NCBI GenBank assembly: GCA_023413275.1
Contig: JAEZPX010000010.1
Location: forward strand, 1-37,392
Reading direction: 5' to 3'
Origin: Bacillota bacterium
GTDB taxonomy: Bacteria > Bacillota > Clostridia > Lachnospirales > Anaerotignaceae
Length of the DNA stretch: 37,392 nucleotides
Both the position numbers and the translations under genes were made by a program. Positions 23,822-31,101 of the stretch are shown piece after piece (position 1 is the stretch's first letter; each line of letters opens with the position of its first letter). The notes beneath the pieces were generated by a model. That model was not told the DNA's origin. It did not search any database and saw only the letters and a program-made list of their open reading frames with translations.

Positions 23822-25126
23822 ATGGCAATTGTAGAGGTTATAAAATATAATGGTGGACCAGACGTTTTTGCTTGGAAATATCCTAGTGAAGAGTTAGGAA
23901 CCTGGACACAGTTGATTGTAAATGAATCACAAGAAGCTGTTTTTATTAAAAGTGGGAAAGTATTGGATATTTTTGGGAGCGGAAGGCACACTCTAGAAAC
24001 TGCCAATATTCCTTTATTGAATAATATCATTAACTTGCCCTTTGGTGGAAGATCTCCTTTTACTGCTGAGGTCTGGTATATTAATAAAGCATTCAATTTA
24101 GATATCAAGTGGGGAACGCCCACGCCAATTCAAATTCAAGACCCCAAATATGGAATTTTTGCCCCTGTTCGCTCTAATGGTACTTTTGGCATTCAAATTG
24201 TGGATTCTAAAAAATTCTTGGTTAAATTAGTTGGTACCATGCAGGTATTCGATAAAATGTCAGTAACCAAGTACTTCAGAGGGATTTATGTTGCAAAAGT
24301 GAAGGATGCAATTTCCACTTACTTGATACATAATAAGATTAGCATATTGGAAATCAATGCATATATTGATGAGCTATCGACATTTATGAAAGAAAACATA
24401 CAGCCAACCATGGAAGAATTCGGTATTCAACTAGTGAATTTCTATGTCAATGAAATTAGTGTTCCAGAAGAGGATTCTGCAGTGCGAAAGCTAAAAGATG
24501 CTCTATCAAAGAGAGCAGAAATGAACATTATTGGCTACAGCTATCAGCAGGAGCGCTCTTTTAATACACTAGAAGGTGCAGCCAAAAACCAACATTCTAC
24601 AGCTGCTCCCCTTATGGGAGCGGGAATGGGCTTAGGTATGGGACTGGGTATGGGAAAAACCGTGGGAGCAGGATTTGGGGGAATGGCCGAGGAAATACAA
24701 ATTACCAACCATGCAGGTGAAAAAGAATGCCCTGAGTGTCATGGGAAGATGCCAGCACAACAACGATTTTGTGGTATTTGTGGCTTTGACACGAATACAG
24801 AGGGAAGCAAAAAGGAAGAGCGACGCAAATTATGTTGTTCTGAATGTGGATCACCTCTTTCAGACAGCATCAAATTCTGCACTGAGTGTGGTAGAAAAAT
24901 AAACCTCTGTCCCAAATGCGGAATAGATTTGCCTGATGGTACCAAAGTGTGTTCAGAATGTGGATATGAAATCCCCACAGCTTGTCCAGGGTGTGGTTTT
25001 TCCATATCTCCCAAAGCGAAATTTTGCCCTGAGTGTGGTCAGGTACTATTGAAGAAATGTCCGAAGTGTGATGTGGCCTTTGAAGGTACACCAAAATTTT
25101 GCCCTGAATGTGGCGAGAAGCTATAG
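23822..25126 (+). CDS. SPFH/Band-7 (Band_7_1, B. subtilis YdjI-like) protein with a Gly/Met-rich linker and five C-terminal CxxC-CxxC zinc-ribbon repeats
   Basis: N-terminus MAIVEVIKYNGGPDVFAWKYPSEELGTWTQLIVNESQEAVFIKSGK is the pattern I recall for the 'virion core protein / SPFH' Band_7_1 family. GAGMGLGMGLGMG linker. Ten CxxC motifs (CPEC..CGIC, CSEC..CTEC, CPKC..CSEC, CPGC..CPEC, CPKC..CPEC) in nt ~24726-25126. Confidence 0.7.
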   Translation: MAIVEVIKYNGGPDVFAWKYPSEELGTWTQLIVNESQEAVFIKSGKVLDIFGSGRHTLETANIPLLNNIINLPFGGRSPFTAEVWYINKAFNLDIKWGTPTPIQIQDPKYGIFAPVRSNGTFGIQIVDSKKFLVKLVGTMQVFDKMSVTKYFRGIYVAKVKDAISTYLIHNKISILEINAYIDELSTFMKENIQPTMEEFGIQLVNFYVNEISVPEEDSAVRKLKDALSKRAEMNIIGYSYQQERSFNTLEGAAKNQHSTAAPLMGAGMGLGMGLGMGKTVGAGFGGMAEEIQITNHAGEKECPECHGKMPAQQRFCGICGFDTNTEGSKKEERRKLCCSECGSPLSDSIKFCTECGRKINLCPKCGIDLPDGTKVCSECGYEIPTACPGCGFSISPKAKFCPECGQVLLKKCPKCDVAFEGTPKFCPECGEKL

Positions 25127-25140
25127 AGGAGGGAAAATGT

Positions 25141-25845
25141 ATGAATAGATACAGTAAAGCTTTGCTGATTTCGGGCATTATCACCGTTGTTATTTCTGCC
25201 ATTGTTTTGCTACTGTGTATCAATGACTGGAGCGGTCTTACGACTCTTGCGGCAATGTTTTTTATTTGGGCAGAAATTGTATTTTTCGGAGGCTTGATTT
25301 TTCAACAGAAAATCAGATCTCAGACAGAGCAGGTGGTGTTATATGCTTCCTTTATCCCGCTACTTACAATTTACTCCTTAGTTTGTGGGGGATTATCAGT
25401 TCTTTTTCTTATTAAATTTAAACCTGAATGGAAATTCTTTGTTAGCATTCAACTAGTTTTAGCTGGAATTACTGCAATTTTACTGATTGCTCTTTACTCA
25501 GCGAGTAGAGCTATTCGTTCCTCCAATCAGAATACAATGCACGATATTATACAGATAAATTCATATATCAGTCGGATCAATACTCTTGCAGTATCTGCGG
25601 GTGAAGAAGAGAGTTATGGACTTAATTTGAAAGCAATTTCTGAGGCATTACGCTTTACTGATGTATCTGCTGTGGTTTCTGTGGATGAGGAGATAAACCA
25701 TATCATTTCTGAATTAGAGTTAGAGTTTGAAAAAGAAACTATATTTAGGTCAGCAAAATTAATTCAAGAAAGATGCATCAAATTAGCTAAATTGATTGAA
25801 ATAAGAAAGATACAATCTAAGACCATTAAGGAAGGAATCATTTAG
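25141..25845 (+). CDS. Four-TM membrane protein with a ~110-aa C-terminal soluble (coiled-coil-like) domain; YdjH-like position in the module
   Basis: Four hydrophobic segments in aa 8-130, then a charged helical tail. ATG 25141 with SD GAGGAGGG 8 nt upstream. The track's earlier start overlaps the upstream gene. Confidence 0.55.
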   Translation: MNRYSKALLISGIITVVISAIVLLLCINDWSGLTTLAAMFFIWAEIVFFGGLIFQQKIRSQTEQVVLYASFIPLLTIYSLVCGGLSVLFLIKFKPEWKFFVSIQLVLAGITAILLIALYSASRAIRSSNQNTMHDIIQINSYISRINTLAVSAGEEESYGLNLKAISEALRFTDVSAVVSVDEEINHIISELELEFEKETIFRSAKLIQERCIKLAKLIEIRKIQSKTIKEGII

Positions 25846-25847
25846 AT

Positions 25848-26414
25848 ATGAAAAATTCGTATTCAGCAATTGTTATGAGTATCATTATTGAAAAGATACA
25901 ATTTATTGCAGGAATTATATTTCTATTAGTGTTTGGGTTGTGCACCGTGGTGTCGTTGGCAGATGCAGAACTAGCGTCTGATGGATTTCTTGCGTTTTGC
26001 CTTGTAGTGGACGGCTTATGTATTCTGTTAATTTACTTTAGCAGAAAGAGACATAAATTAAATACTGATTTTAAGAAATATGTATCCGCACTATCGGATG
26101 ATCCTACCGGTTCTATTTTAAACTTAGCAAATGCCATGGGGACTTCAGAAGATGTGGTCTCGGTGAATTTGAATAAGATGATAGAAAAAAAATATTTTTC
26201 AAATGCATATATAGACAAAAGGAAAAATTGTATTGTTTTATATAACCAAGGAGAGACAATGGGCGTTGCACCCACTGCAGGAAATGTGAGCTCCTTTACA
26301 GGAGTCTCTCAAGAAATGGTTACAGTGCGTTGTAAAGGTTGCGGCGGTGTAAACGCAATTCCAAAAGGACAATCGGCAGAGTGTGAATACTGTGGCTCCT
26401 TGCTTCAGGGGTGA
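25848..26414 (+). CDS. Membrane protein with two N-terminal TM helices, a small winged-helix-like segment and a C-terminal CxxC-x16-CxxC zinc ribbon (paralog A)
   Basis: TMs IVMSIIIEKIQFIAGIIFLLVFGLCTVVSL and FLAFCLVVDGLCILLIYF. C-terminus VRCKGCGGVNAI ... AECEYCGSLL. Paralogous to the next gene. Confidence 0.55.
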   Translation: MKNSYSAIVMSIIIEKIQFIAGIIFLLVFGLCTVVSLADAELASDGFLAFCLVVDGLCILLIYFSRKRHKLNTDFKKYVSALSDDPTGSILNLANAMGTSEDVVSVNLNKMIEKKYFSNAYIDKRKNCIVLYNQGETMGVAPTAGNVSSFTGVSQEMVTVRCKGCGGVNAIPKGQSAECEYCGSLLQG

Positions 26415-26476
26415 GCACTTAAATAAATTGGGCAATCATTAACATTTTAAGCAACAATGAAAGTGAGGGCAAAGTA

Positions 26477-27130
26477 ATGAAAAGTAAGGGAGCCCCATGG
26501 GCGTTTATTATCATACTTTTATTTCTTTTTTTCCCAGCAGGGATTATTGTTATGTTACTTAAGCTTCATAAAGATCCATTTCACTATACATCCAATGGAA
26601 ATGGTACAATAATTGTTGGTTGGATACTATTTGTGTTCGGTATTTTTTACTTGATTATTTACCTATCTGATAGTGCCACAAACAGTGGTGTCGGTCCACT
26701 ACTCAGTGGGGTGGCTTTTTGCTGTGGAGGTGGCTTTGCTCTGGTTCGACACGGAAGAAAGTACAAACAAAGAGGAATGTTATTTTCAAGATATCTCACA
26801 TGTATTATGAATAGCGAGGATGGGTCAATAGGGGACATGGCAGCATCCTTAGGGTTTACCTATGATAAAGCTTATAGGGATATTGTAGAATTGATTCAAT
26901 GTGGCGCATTGCCTAACAGCTATATTGATGAGTCAACAAATTGTGTTGTATCTCCATATATTAAAAAAGGAGTTATTGATTATACAAACAGAACACAGAT
27001 GAAAAAAGAACCTGAAAAATTTATATCTAGGACAGTGAAATGCTCCAATTGCGGTGGTATGAATAGTATCACAGGAAATAACAATGAGTGTGAATACTGT
27101 GGCTCACCTCTTGCTTATGAATATAATTAG
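26477..27130 (+). CDS. Membrane protein, TM + winged-helix-like + C-terminal zinc ribbon (paralog B)
   Basis: Same layout as the previous gene. DMAASLGFTYDKAYRDIVELIQCGALPNSYIDESTNCVV ~ NLANAMGTSEDVVSVNLNKMIEKKYFSNAYIDKRKNCIV. VKCSNCGGMNSI ... NECEYCGSPL ~ VRCKGCGGVNAI ... AECEYCGSLL. Confidence 0.55.
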   Translation: MKSKGAPWAFIIILLFLFFPAGIIVMLLKLHKDPFHYTSNGNGTIIVGWILFVFGIFYLIIYLSDSATNSGVGPLLSGVAFCCGGGFALVRHGRKYKQRGMLFSRYLTCIMNSEDGSIGDMAASLGFTYDKAYRDIVELIQCGALPNSYIDESTNCVVSPYIKKGVIDYTNRTQMKKEPEKFISRTVKCSNCGGMNSITGNNNECEYCGSPLAYEYN

Positions 27131-27163
27131 GGCTGAATTCGAGGCAAGAGACCTCCTTATATT

Positions 27164-27200
27164 AGACTGTTTGCAAAATATGCAAACGGTCTTTTTTTTG
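27164..27200 (+). terminator. Strong rho-independent terminator closing the SPFH module, immediately upstream of the tail cluster
   Basis: 12-bp stem AGACTGTTTGCA / TGCAAACGGTCT (one U.G), 5-nt loop AAATA, followed by T8 (27193-27200). Confidence 0.8.
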
Positions 27201-27598
27201 TTATTTTTTTGGTCTAGAAGTGATTAAAAAAACAAGCATAAATAAATAGTATTAAGGGAGGGTAAACAGAAAAATAAGAGCCTTTAAATTAGAGTGTGAT
27301 TGCAAATGTCCGAGCTACTTTACAAATATTAGCAAAAGGGTAACTAAGGGGACATACTTTAATGATATTATCCTACCATAGATATTTGCAAACAAGCTCA
27401 TAGAGGCATTTTATATACCAATGATTTAATATTTGTAAAAATATAAATCAAAAGAGAGCATTGTTTATTGATATCTTGTTTCTGTAGACAGGCCTGCACA
27501 GATACTTATTCCAAAATTCAATTAGGGAGGGGATTTTTCAGGAAAAATGAAGAACAGAAGGTGGAGGGAAGGTATATTTCAAAGGTTAGGTGGGCGAA

Positions 27599-28012
27599 AT
27601 GGCAAAATGGGCTAAGGTAGACTATAAACAGTTGACCAAACTGCGAGATGAAGTGAACAAACTCTCTAAGGAGGAATTTCCCAAGTTCCAAGAGAAAATG
27701 GTATTAGAGATGGCCACCAGACTAGTACTAAAGGCGTTAAAGCACACCCCTACAGACCCTAAGGATTCCCCTGGGATAAGAGCGGGTTGGTGCATTGGCG
27801 ACGTGAGTTACGATGGCGGAGCCTACAGCATTGAAGTATACAATAGCTGCATCTATGCAAATTCCGTTGAATGGGGGTATTTAGCGGAGGACGGGAAGAC
27901 TTTGATACCCGGACGCTTTATGCTGCATCTTTCGGAAGAGGAGCTGCGCAAAGATGCTGACAAAGCAATAGAAGAAAAGCTGATGGAAGTTTTAAGGAGG
28001 GGTTTCCCATGA
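27599..28012 (+). CDS. Phage tail-completion / HK97 gp10-family-like protein (XkdI position)
   Basis: About 138 aa. Size and position match the XkdI/gp10-like gene that precedes XkdJ-XkdK in PBSX-type clusters. Family call from memory only. ATG 27599 with SD AGGTGGG. GTG 27590 is an alternative. Confidence 0.45.
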   Translation: MAKWAKVDYKQLTKLRDEVNKLSKEEFPKFQEKMVLEMATRLVLKALKHTPTDPKDSPGIRAGWCIGDVSYDGGAYSIEVYNSCIYANSVEWGYLAEDGKTLIPGRFMLHLSEEELRKDADKAIEEKLMEVLRRGFP

Positions 28013-28434
28013 TTTCCAAATTGATGACAGGGATTGAACAAGCTATACGAAAGGAATTCCCTGAAACTACCTATAAAATTTATATGGAGGCAACAGAGCG
28101 AGTTTCCCCTTGTTTCATTATTCTTTGTATTAGCCAAAGCCGCAATGCAAAGCTTGGAGATAGATTTATTCTGAACACCTCCTTTGAGGTGCAATATTGC
28201 TCAGGCAGTGGCAATAACGAATGCTGGGAAGTGGCAGAAAAGCTGAGGGAACTTTTAGATGTAATCTCCCTTGGGGAGGATTTGGTGCAGGGGCGAAACA
28301 ACAATTACAGGGTGGAAAACGGTGTGTTGCATTTTGTAATGGATTATAACATACCCATGATGCGAGAGCAGGATGCAGTAGATTTTATGGAAGAGGTGAC
28401 GGTGTATGGCAAAACAAGGGAAGCAGGAAAATAA
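28009..28434 (+). CDS. Phage tail protein (XkdJ position; tail terminator / sheath initiator-like)
   Basis: 141 aa. ATGA-overlapped start. SD AGGAGGGG 7 nt upstream. Sits between the completion protein and the sheath. Confidence 0.45.
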   Translation: MISKLMTGIEQAIRKEFPETTYKIYMEATERVSPCFIILCISQSRNAKLGDRFILNTSFEVQYCSGSGNNECWEVAEKLRELLDVISLGEDLVQGRNNNYRVENGVLHFVMDYNIPMMREQDAVDFMEEVTVYGKTREAGK

Positions 28435-28594
28435 AAAAGAGGAAAAATATTTTTCTAAGGAGGCAATTTTGCATAGTCAGAAATACGGAGAACACAGCGA
28501 TTTACTTTTCGCAGTATTGGCTGACGAGAAAGTATATACCTCTATGGAGATTGATAACACGATTGATGAATTTCAGAAAGGAAAGGTGAAATAA
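28406..28594 (+). CDS. Small phage-cluster protein (62 aa), hypothetical
   Basis: Fills the gap before the sheath gene. Lys/Glu-rich. Overlaps the upstream gene by 29 nt. Weak support. Confidence 0.3.
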   Translation: MAKQGKQENKKEEKYFSKEAILHSQKYGEHSDLLFAVLADEKVYTSMEIDNTIDEFQKGKVK

Positions 28595-29893
28595 ATGGGA
28601 TTAGGCGGCGGTACATATTTGGTACAAAACAAGACCCTTCCGGGGGCATACATTAACTTTATTTCTGCGGCAAGAGCTTCTGCCACACTCTCGGACAGAG
28701 GGTATGCAGCAATGGCTTTAGAATTGGACTGGGGTGTTGACGGTGAAATGTTTACCATTGAGAATGGAGATTTTCAAAAAGAATCTTTAAAAATTCTTGG
28801 TTACGAATACAGCCATGAAAAGCTAAAGGGTCTGCGAGATTTATTTTGCAATGCCAAAACATTATACGCTTATCGCTTAAACAGCGGCAATAAGGCGGTA
28901 AATCCCTTTGCAACAGCATGTTATAGTGGTATTCGTGGCAATGATATTAAAATTGCCATTTCTGCCAATGTGGACGAGCCCACAAAATTTGATGTGATTA
29001 CGTTATTGGAAAACACAAAAGTAGATATACAGACTGTGGCTGAGGTGTCAGAATTAAAGGACAATGATTTCGTTGTATTTAAAAAGGATTGGGTTTTAGA
29101 AGAAACAGCGGCAATTCCGTTGGCAGGCGGTACAAACGGTCAAACAACAGGTTCATCTTACCAGGCGTTTTTGGATAAGGCGGAAGCCTATAATTTTAAT
29201 ACATTGGGTTGTCTTTCCAAGGAGGAGAGCATCAAAGGACTCTTTGTTGCCTTTACCAAGCGATTAAGAGATGAAATGGGTATTAAATTTCAGACTGTTA
29301 TGTTTAACAAGGCGGCAGATTACGAAGGTATCATCAATTTGAAAAATAAGGTGACAGATGGTGAAGAGACTAGTCTTGTTTATTGGCTGACAGGAGCATC
29401 CGCAGGCTGTGCTGTAAATAAATCCATTGCCAATAAGGAGTACGACGGCGAGTTTTTGGTAGATACAGCCTACAAACAGAGCCAATATGCAGCCGCTTTG
29501 GATGCGGGTGAATTTGTATTCCATAAAATTGGTGACGATGTAAGGGTATTAGATGATATTAACAGCTTTGTTTCCGTTACCACAGATAAAAACGAAGATT
29601 TTACAAGTAATCAGGTTATCAGAGTCATTGACCAAATTGGCAACGATATTGCTGTGCTTTTTAATACCCGTTATATGGGGAAAGTACAGAACAATGAATC
29701 GGGCAGAATCGCTTTTTGGAGCGAGTTGGTTTCCTACAATAAGCAGATGGAACAAATTCAGGCAATTGAAAACTTTGTTTCTGATGAATTGATTGTAAAA
29801 AAAGGCAATGATAAAAAATCTGTAGTTGTGGTGAATCCTGTGACACCAGTTTGCGCCATGACGAAACTGTATATGACCGTTGTTGTTGAATAA
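28595..29893 (+). CDS. xkdK: Phage tail sheath protein (XkdK family)
   Basis: 432 aa. MGLGGGTYLVQNKTLPGAYINFISAARASATLSDRGYAAMALELDWG... resembles the XkdK/PBSX sheath N-terminus as I recall it. SD AAAGGTGA. Followed by the tube gene. Confidence 0.8.
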   Translation: MGLGGGTYLVQNKTLPGAYINFISAARASATLSDRGYAAMALELDWGVDGEMFTIENGDFQKESLKILGYEYSHEKLKGLRDLFCNAKTLYAYRLNSGNKAVNPFATACYSGIRGNDIKIAISANVDEPTKFDVITLLENTKVDIQTVAEVSELKDNDFVVFKKDWVLEETAAIPLAGGTNGQTTGSSYQAFLDKAEAYNFNTLGCLSKEESIKGLFVAFTKRLRDEMGIKFQTVMFNKAADYEGIINLKNKVTDGEETSLVYWLTGASAGCAVNKSIANKEYDGEFLVDTAYKQSQYAAALDAGEFVFHKIGDDVRVLDDINSFVSVTTDKNEDFTSNQVIRVIDQIGNDIAVLFNTRYMGKVQNNESGRIAFWSELVSYNKQMEQIQAIENFVSDELIVKKGNDKKSVVVVNPVTPVCAMTKLYMTVVVE

Positions 29894-29910
29894 GAGAGGG
29901 GGCAGAAAGA

Positions 29911-30380
29911 TGAGTAATATTACAATGCTGAGCAAGGATGCTATTTCTGCAAAAAAAGCAGAGTGCTTCATTACCATTGAAGGGAACCGTTACAACTTCA
30001 TGAGTGCCATTTCCGTAGAGGCTAAGATGGAGAAAACAAAGGCAGAAGTTCCTATTTTAGGAAGAATGAACAAGGGTCATAAGGCAGTGGGGGCAAATGG
30101 TACAGGCAGTGCCACCTTCCACTATAACACATCTATTTTCCGTGAATTGATGAAGCGTTATCAAGATACTGGAGAGGATGTTTACTTTGATATGCAGATT
30201 ACTAACGAAGACCCTACCTCTAACGTTGGTCGACAGACAATCATTCTTCGTGATTGTAACATTGACAGTATGGTGATTGCCAAGTTTGACGCTGACGGCG
30301 AATATTTAGACGAGGAAATGGAGTTTACATATGAAAGTTTTGAAATGCCCGAAACATTTCAAATGCTAAGCGGAATGTAA
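29911..30380 (+). CDS. xkdM: Phage tail tube protein (XkdM family)
   Basis: EVPILGRMNKGHKAVGANGTGSATFHYNTSIF ... YFDMQITNEDPTSNVGRQTIILRDCNIDSMVIAKFDADGEYLDEEMEFTYESFEMPETF closely parallels XkdM as I recall it (EVNIMGRRMTGHKTTGANGTGTATFYKVTS ... ). ATG 29911 with SD GAGGGGG. Confidence 0.8.
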
Positions 30381-30400
30381 AAAAAGAGGAGGAATGATAT

Positions 30401-30820
30401 ATGAGTTTATCAGCATTTTTGAATCCTGTAAAGGAAGAAACCTGCAAGGTTGTAGCTAGCAAGCGTTTTATTGGTGAGGACGGAAAGCCTGTTGAATGGG
30501 AATTGAGAACCATTACGGCAGATGAGGATGAGGCAATCCGCAAAGCCTGCACCAAAAGGATGCCCATTCCCGGAAGAAAAGGCCAGTTTAGCCAAGAAAC
30601 GGATTTAAACAAATACTTGGGTTTATTGGCGGTTTCTTGTACTGTTTTTCCCAACCTGAACGACGTAGAGCTGCAAAATGGATATGGTGTGATGGGGGCG
30701 GACAATTTGTTGAAGACTATGCTTCATGCAGGGGAGTATACCCAATATGTTTCCAAGGTTCAAGAATTAAATGGATATGATTCCTCCATGGACGAATTGG
30801 TGGATGAGGCAAAAAACTAA
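30401..30820 (+). CDS. xkdN: Phage tail assembly chaperone (XkdN-like, gpG equivalent)
   Basis: MSLSAFLNPVKEETCKVVASKRFIGEDGKPVEWELRTITADEDEAIRKACTK is XkdN-family-like. Ends at a slippery heptamer. Immediately upstream of the tape measure gene. Confidence 0.75.
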   Translation: MSLSAFLNPVKEETCKVVASKRFIGEDGKPVEWELRTITADEDEAIRKACTKRMPIPGRKGQFSQETDLNKYLGLLAVSCTVFPNLNDVELQNGYGVMGADNLLKTMLHAGEYTQYVSKVQELNGYDSSMDELVDEAKN

Positions 30821-30993
30821 TTGACGGGGGCGATGGAGACAGCAACTATGCATATTACTGCCTGCATCAGCTGCACCTATTACCCTCACAATTTTTGAAA
30901 CTTCCAAGAGAAGAAAAGGCTTTTCTAATTGCTTCTATTCAGTTAAAGGCGGAGAAAGAAAAGAGAGAGTCCAAAAAAATGAAGAAAAGGTAA
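30811..30993 (+). other. -1 programmed-frameshift extension of the tail assembly chaperone (gpGT-like product): slippery site A_AAA_AAC 30811-30817, then a 58-codon -1 ORF ending at 30993
   Basis: Zero-frame codons GCA AAA AAC TAA. The X_XXY_YYZ heptamer A AAA AAC abuts the stop. The -1 frame is open from the slip site to TAA 30991-30993 and encodes ...KK LIDGGDGDSNYAYYCLHQLHLLPSQFLKLPREEKAFLIASIQLKAEKEKRESKKMKKR, 108 nt before the tape measure start. No other ORF covers 30821-31101. Confidence 0.55.
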
Positions 30994-31101
30994 ATTAGAT
31001 TAAATATTTTGGAAAAATTTCTTGGGAAATAAATACTAACACTGGAAAAGCATTCGACATTTAGCGGATACTTTTCTGGTGTTTGGAAAGAAGGTGAAAA
31101 A

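Noticed and set aside
27131-27598. LexA/Cheo box (GAAC-N4-GTTC) upstream of the tail cluster
   Set aside because: Looked for and not found in this region or in 23293-23821. Only an unrelated imperfect dyad is present.
27547-27615. 22-codon mini-ORF (MKNRRWREGIFQRLGGRNGKMG) just upstream of the first tail gene
   Set aside because: The SD-like AGGGAGGGG is 14 nt from the ATG and the ORF overlaps the tail gene start. It is probably non-coding.
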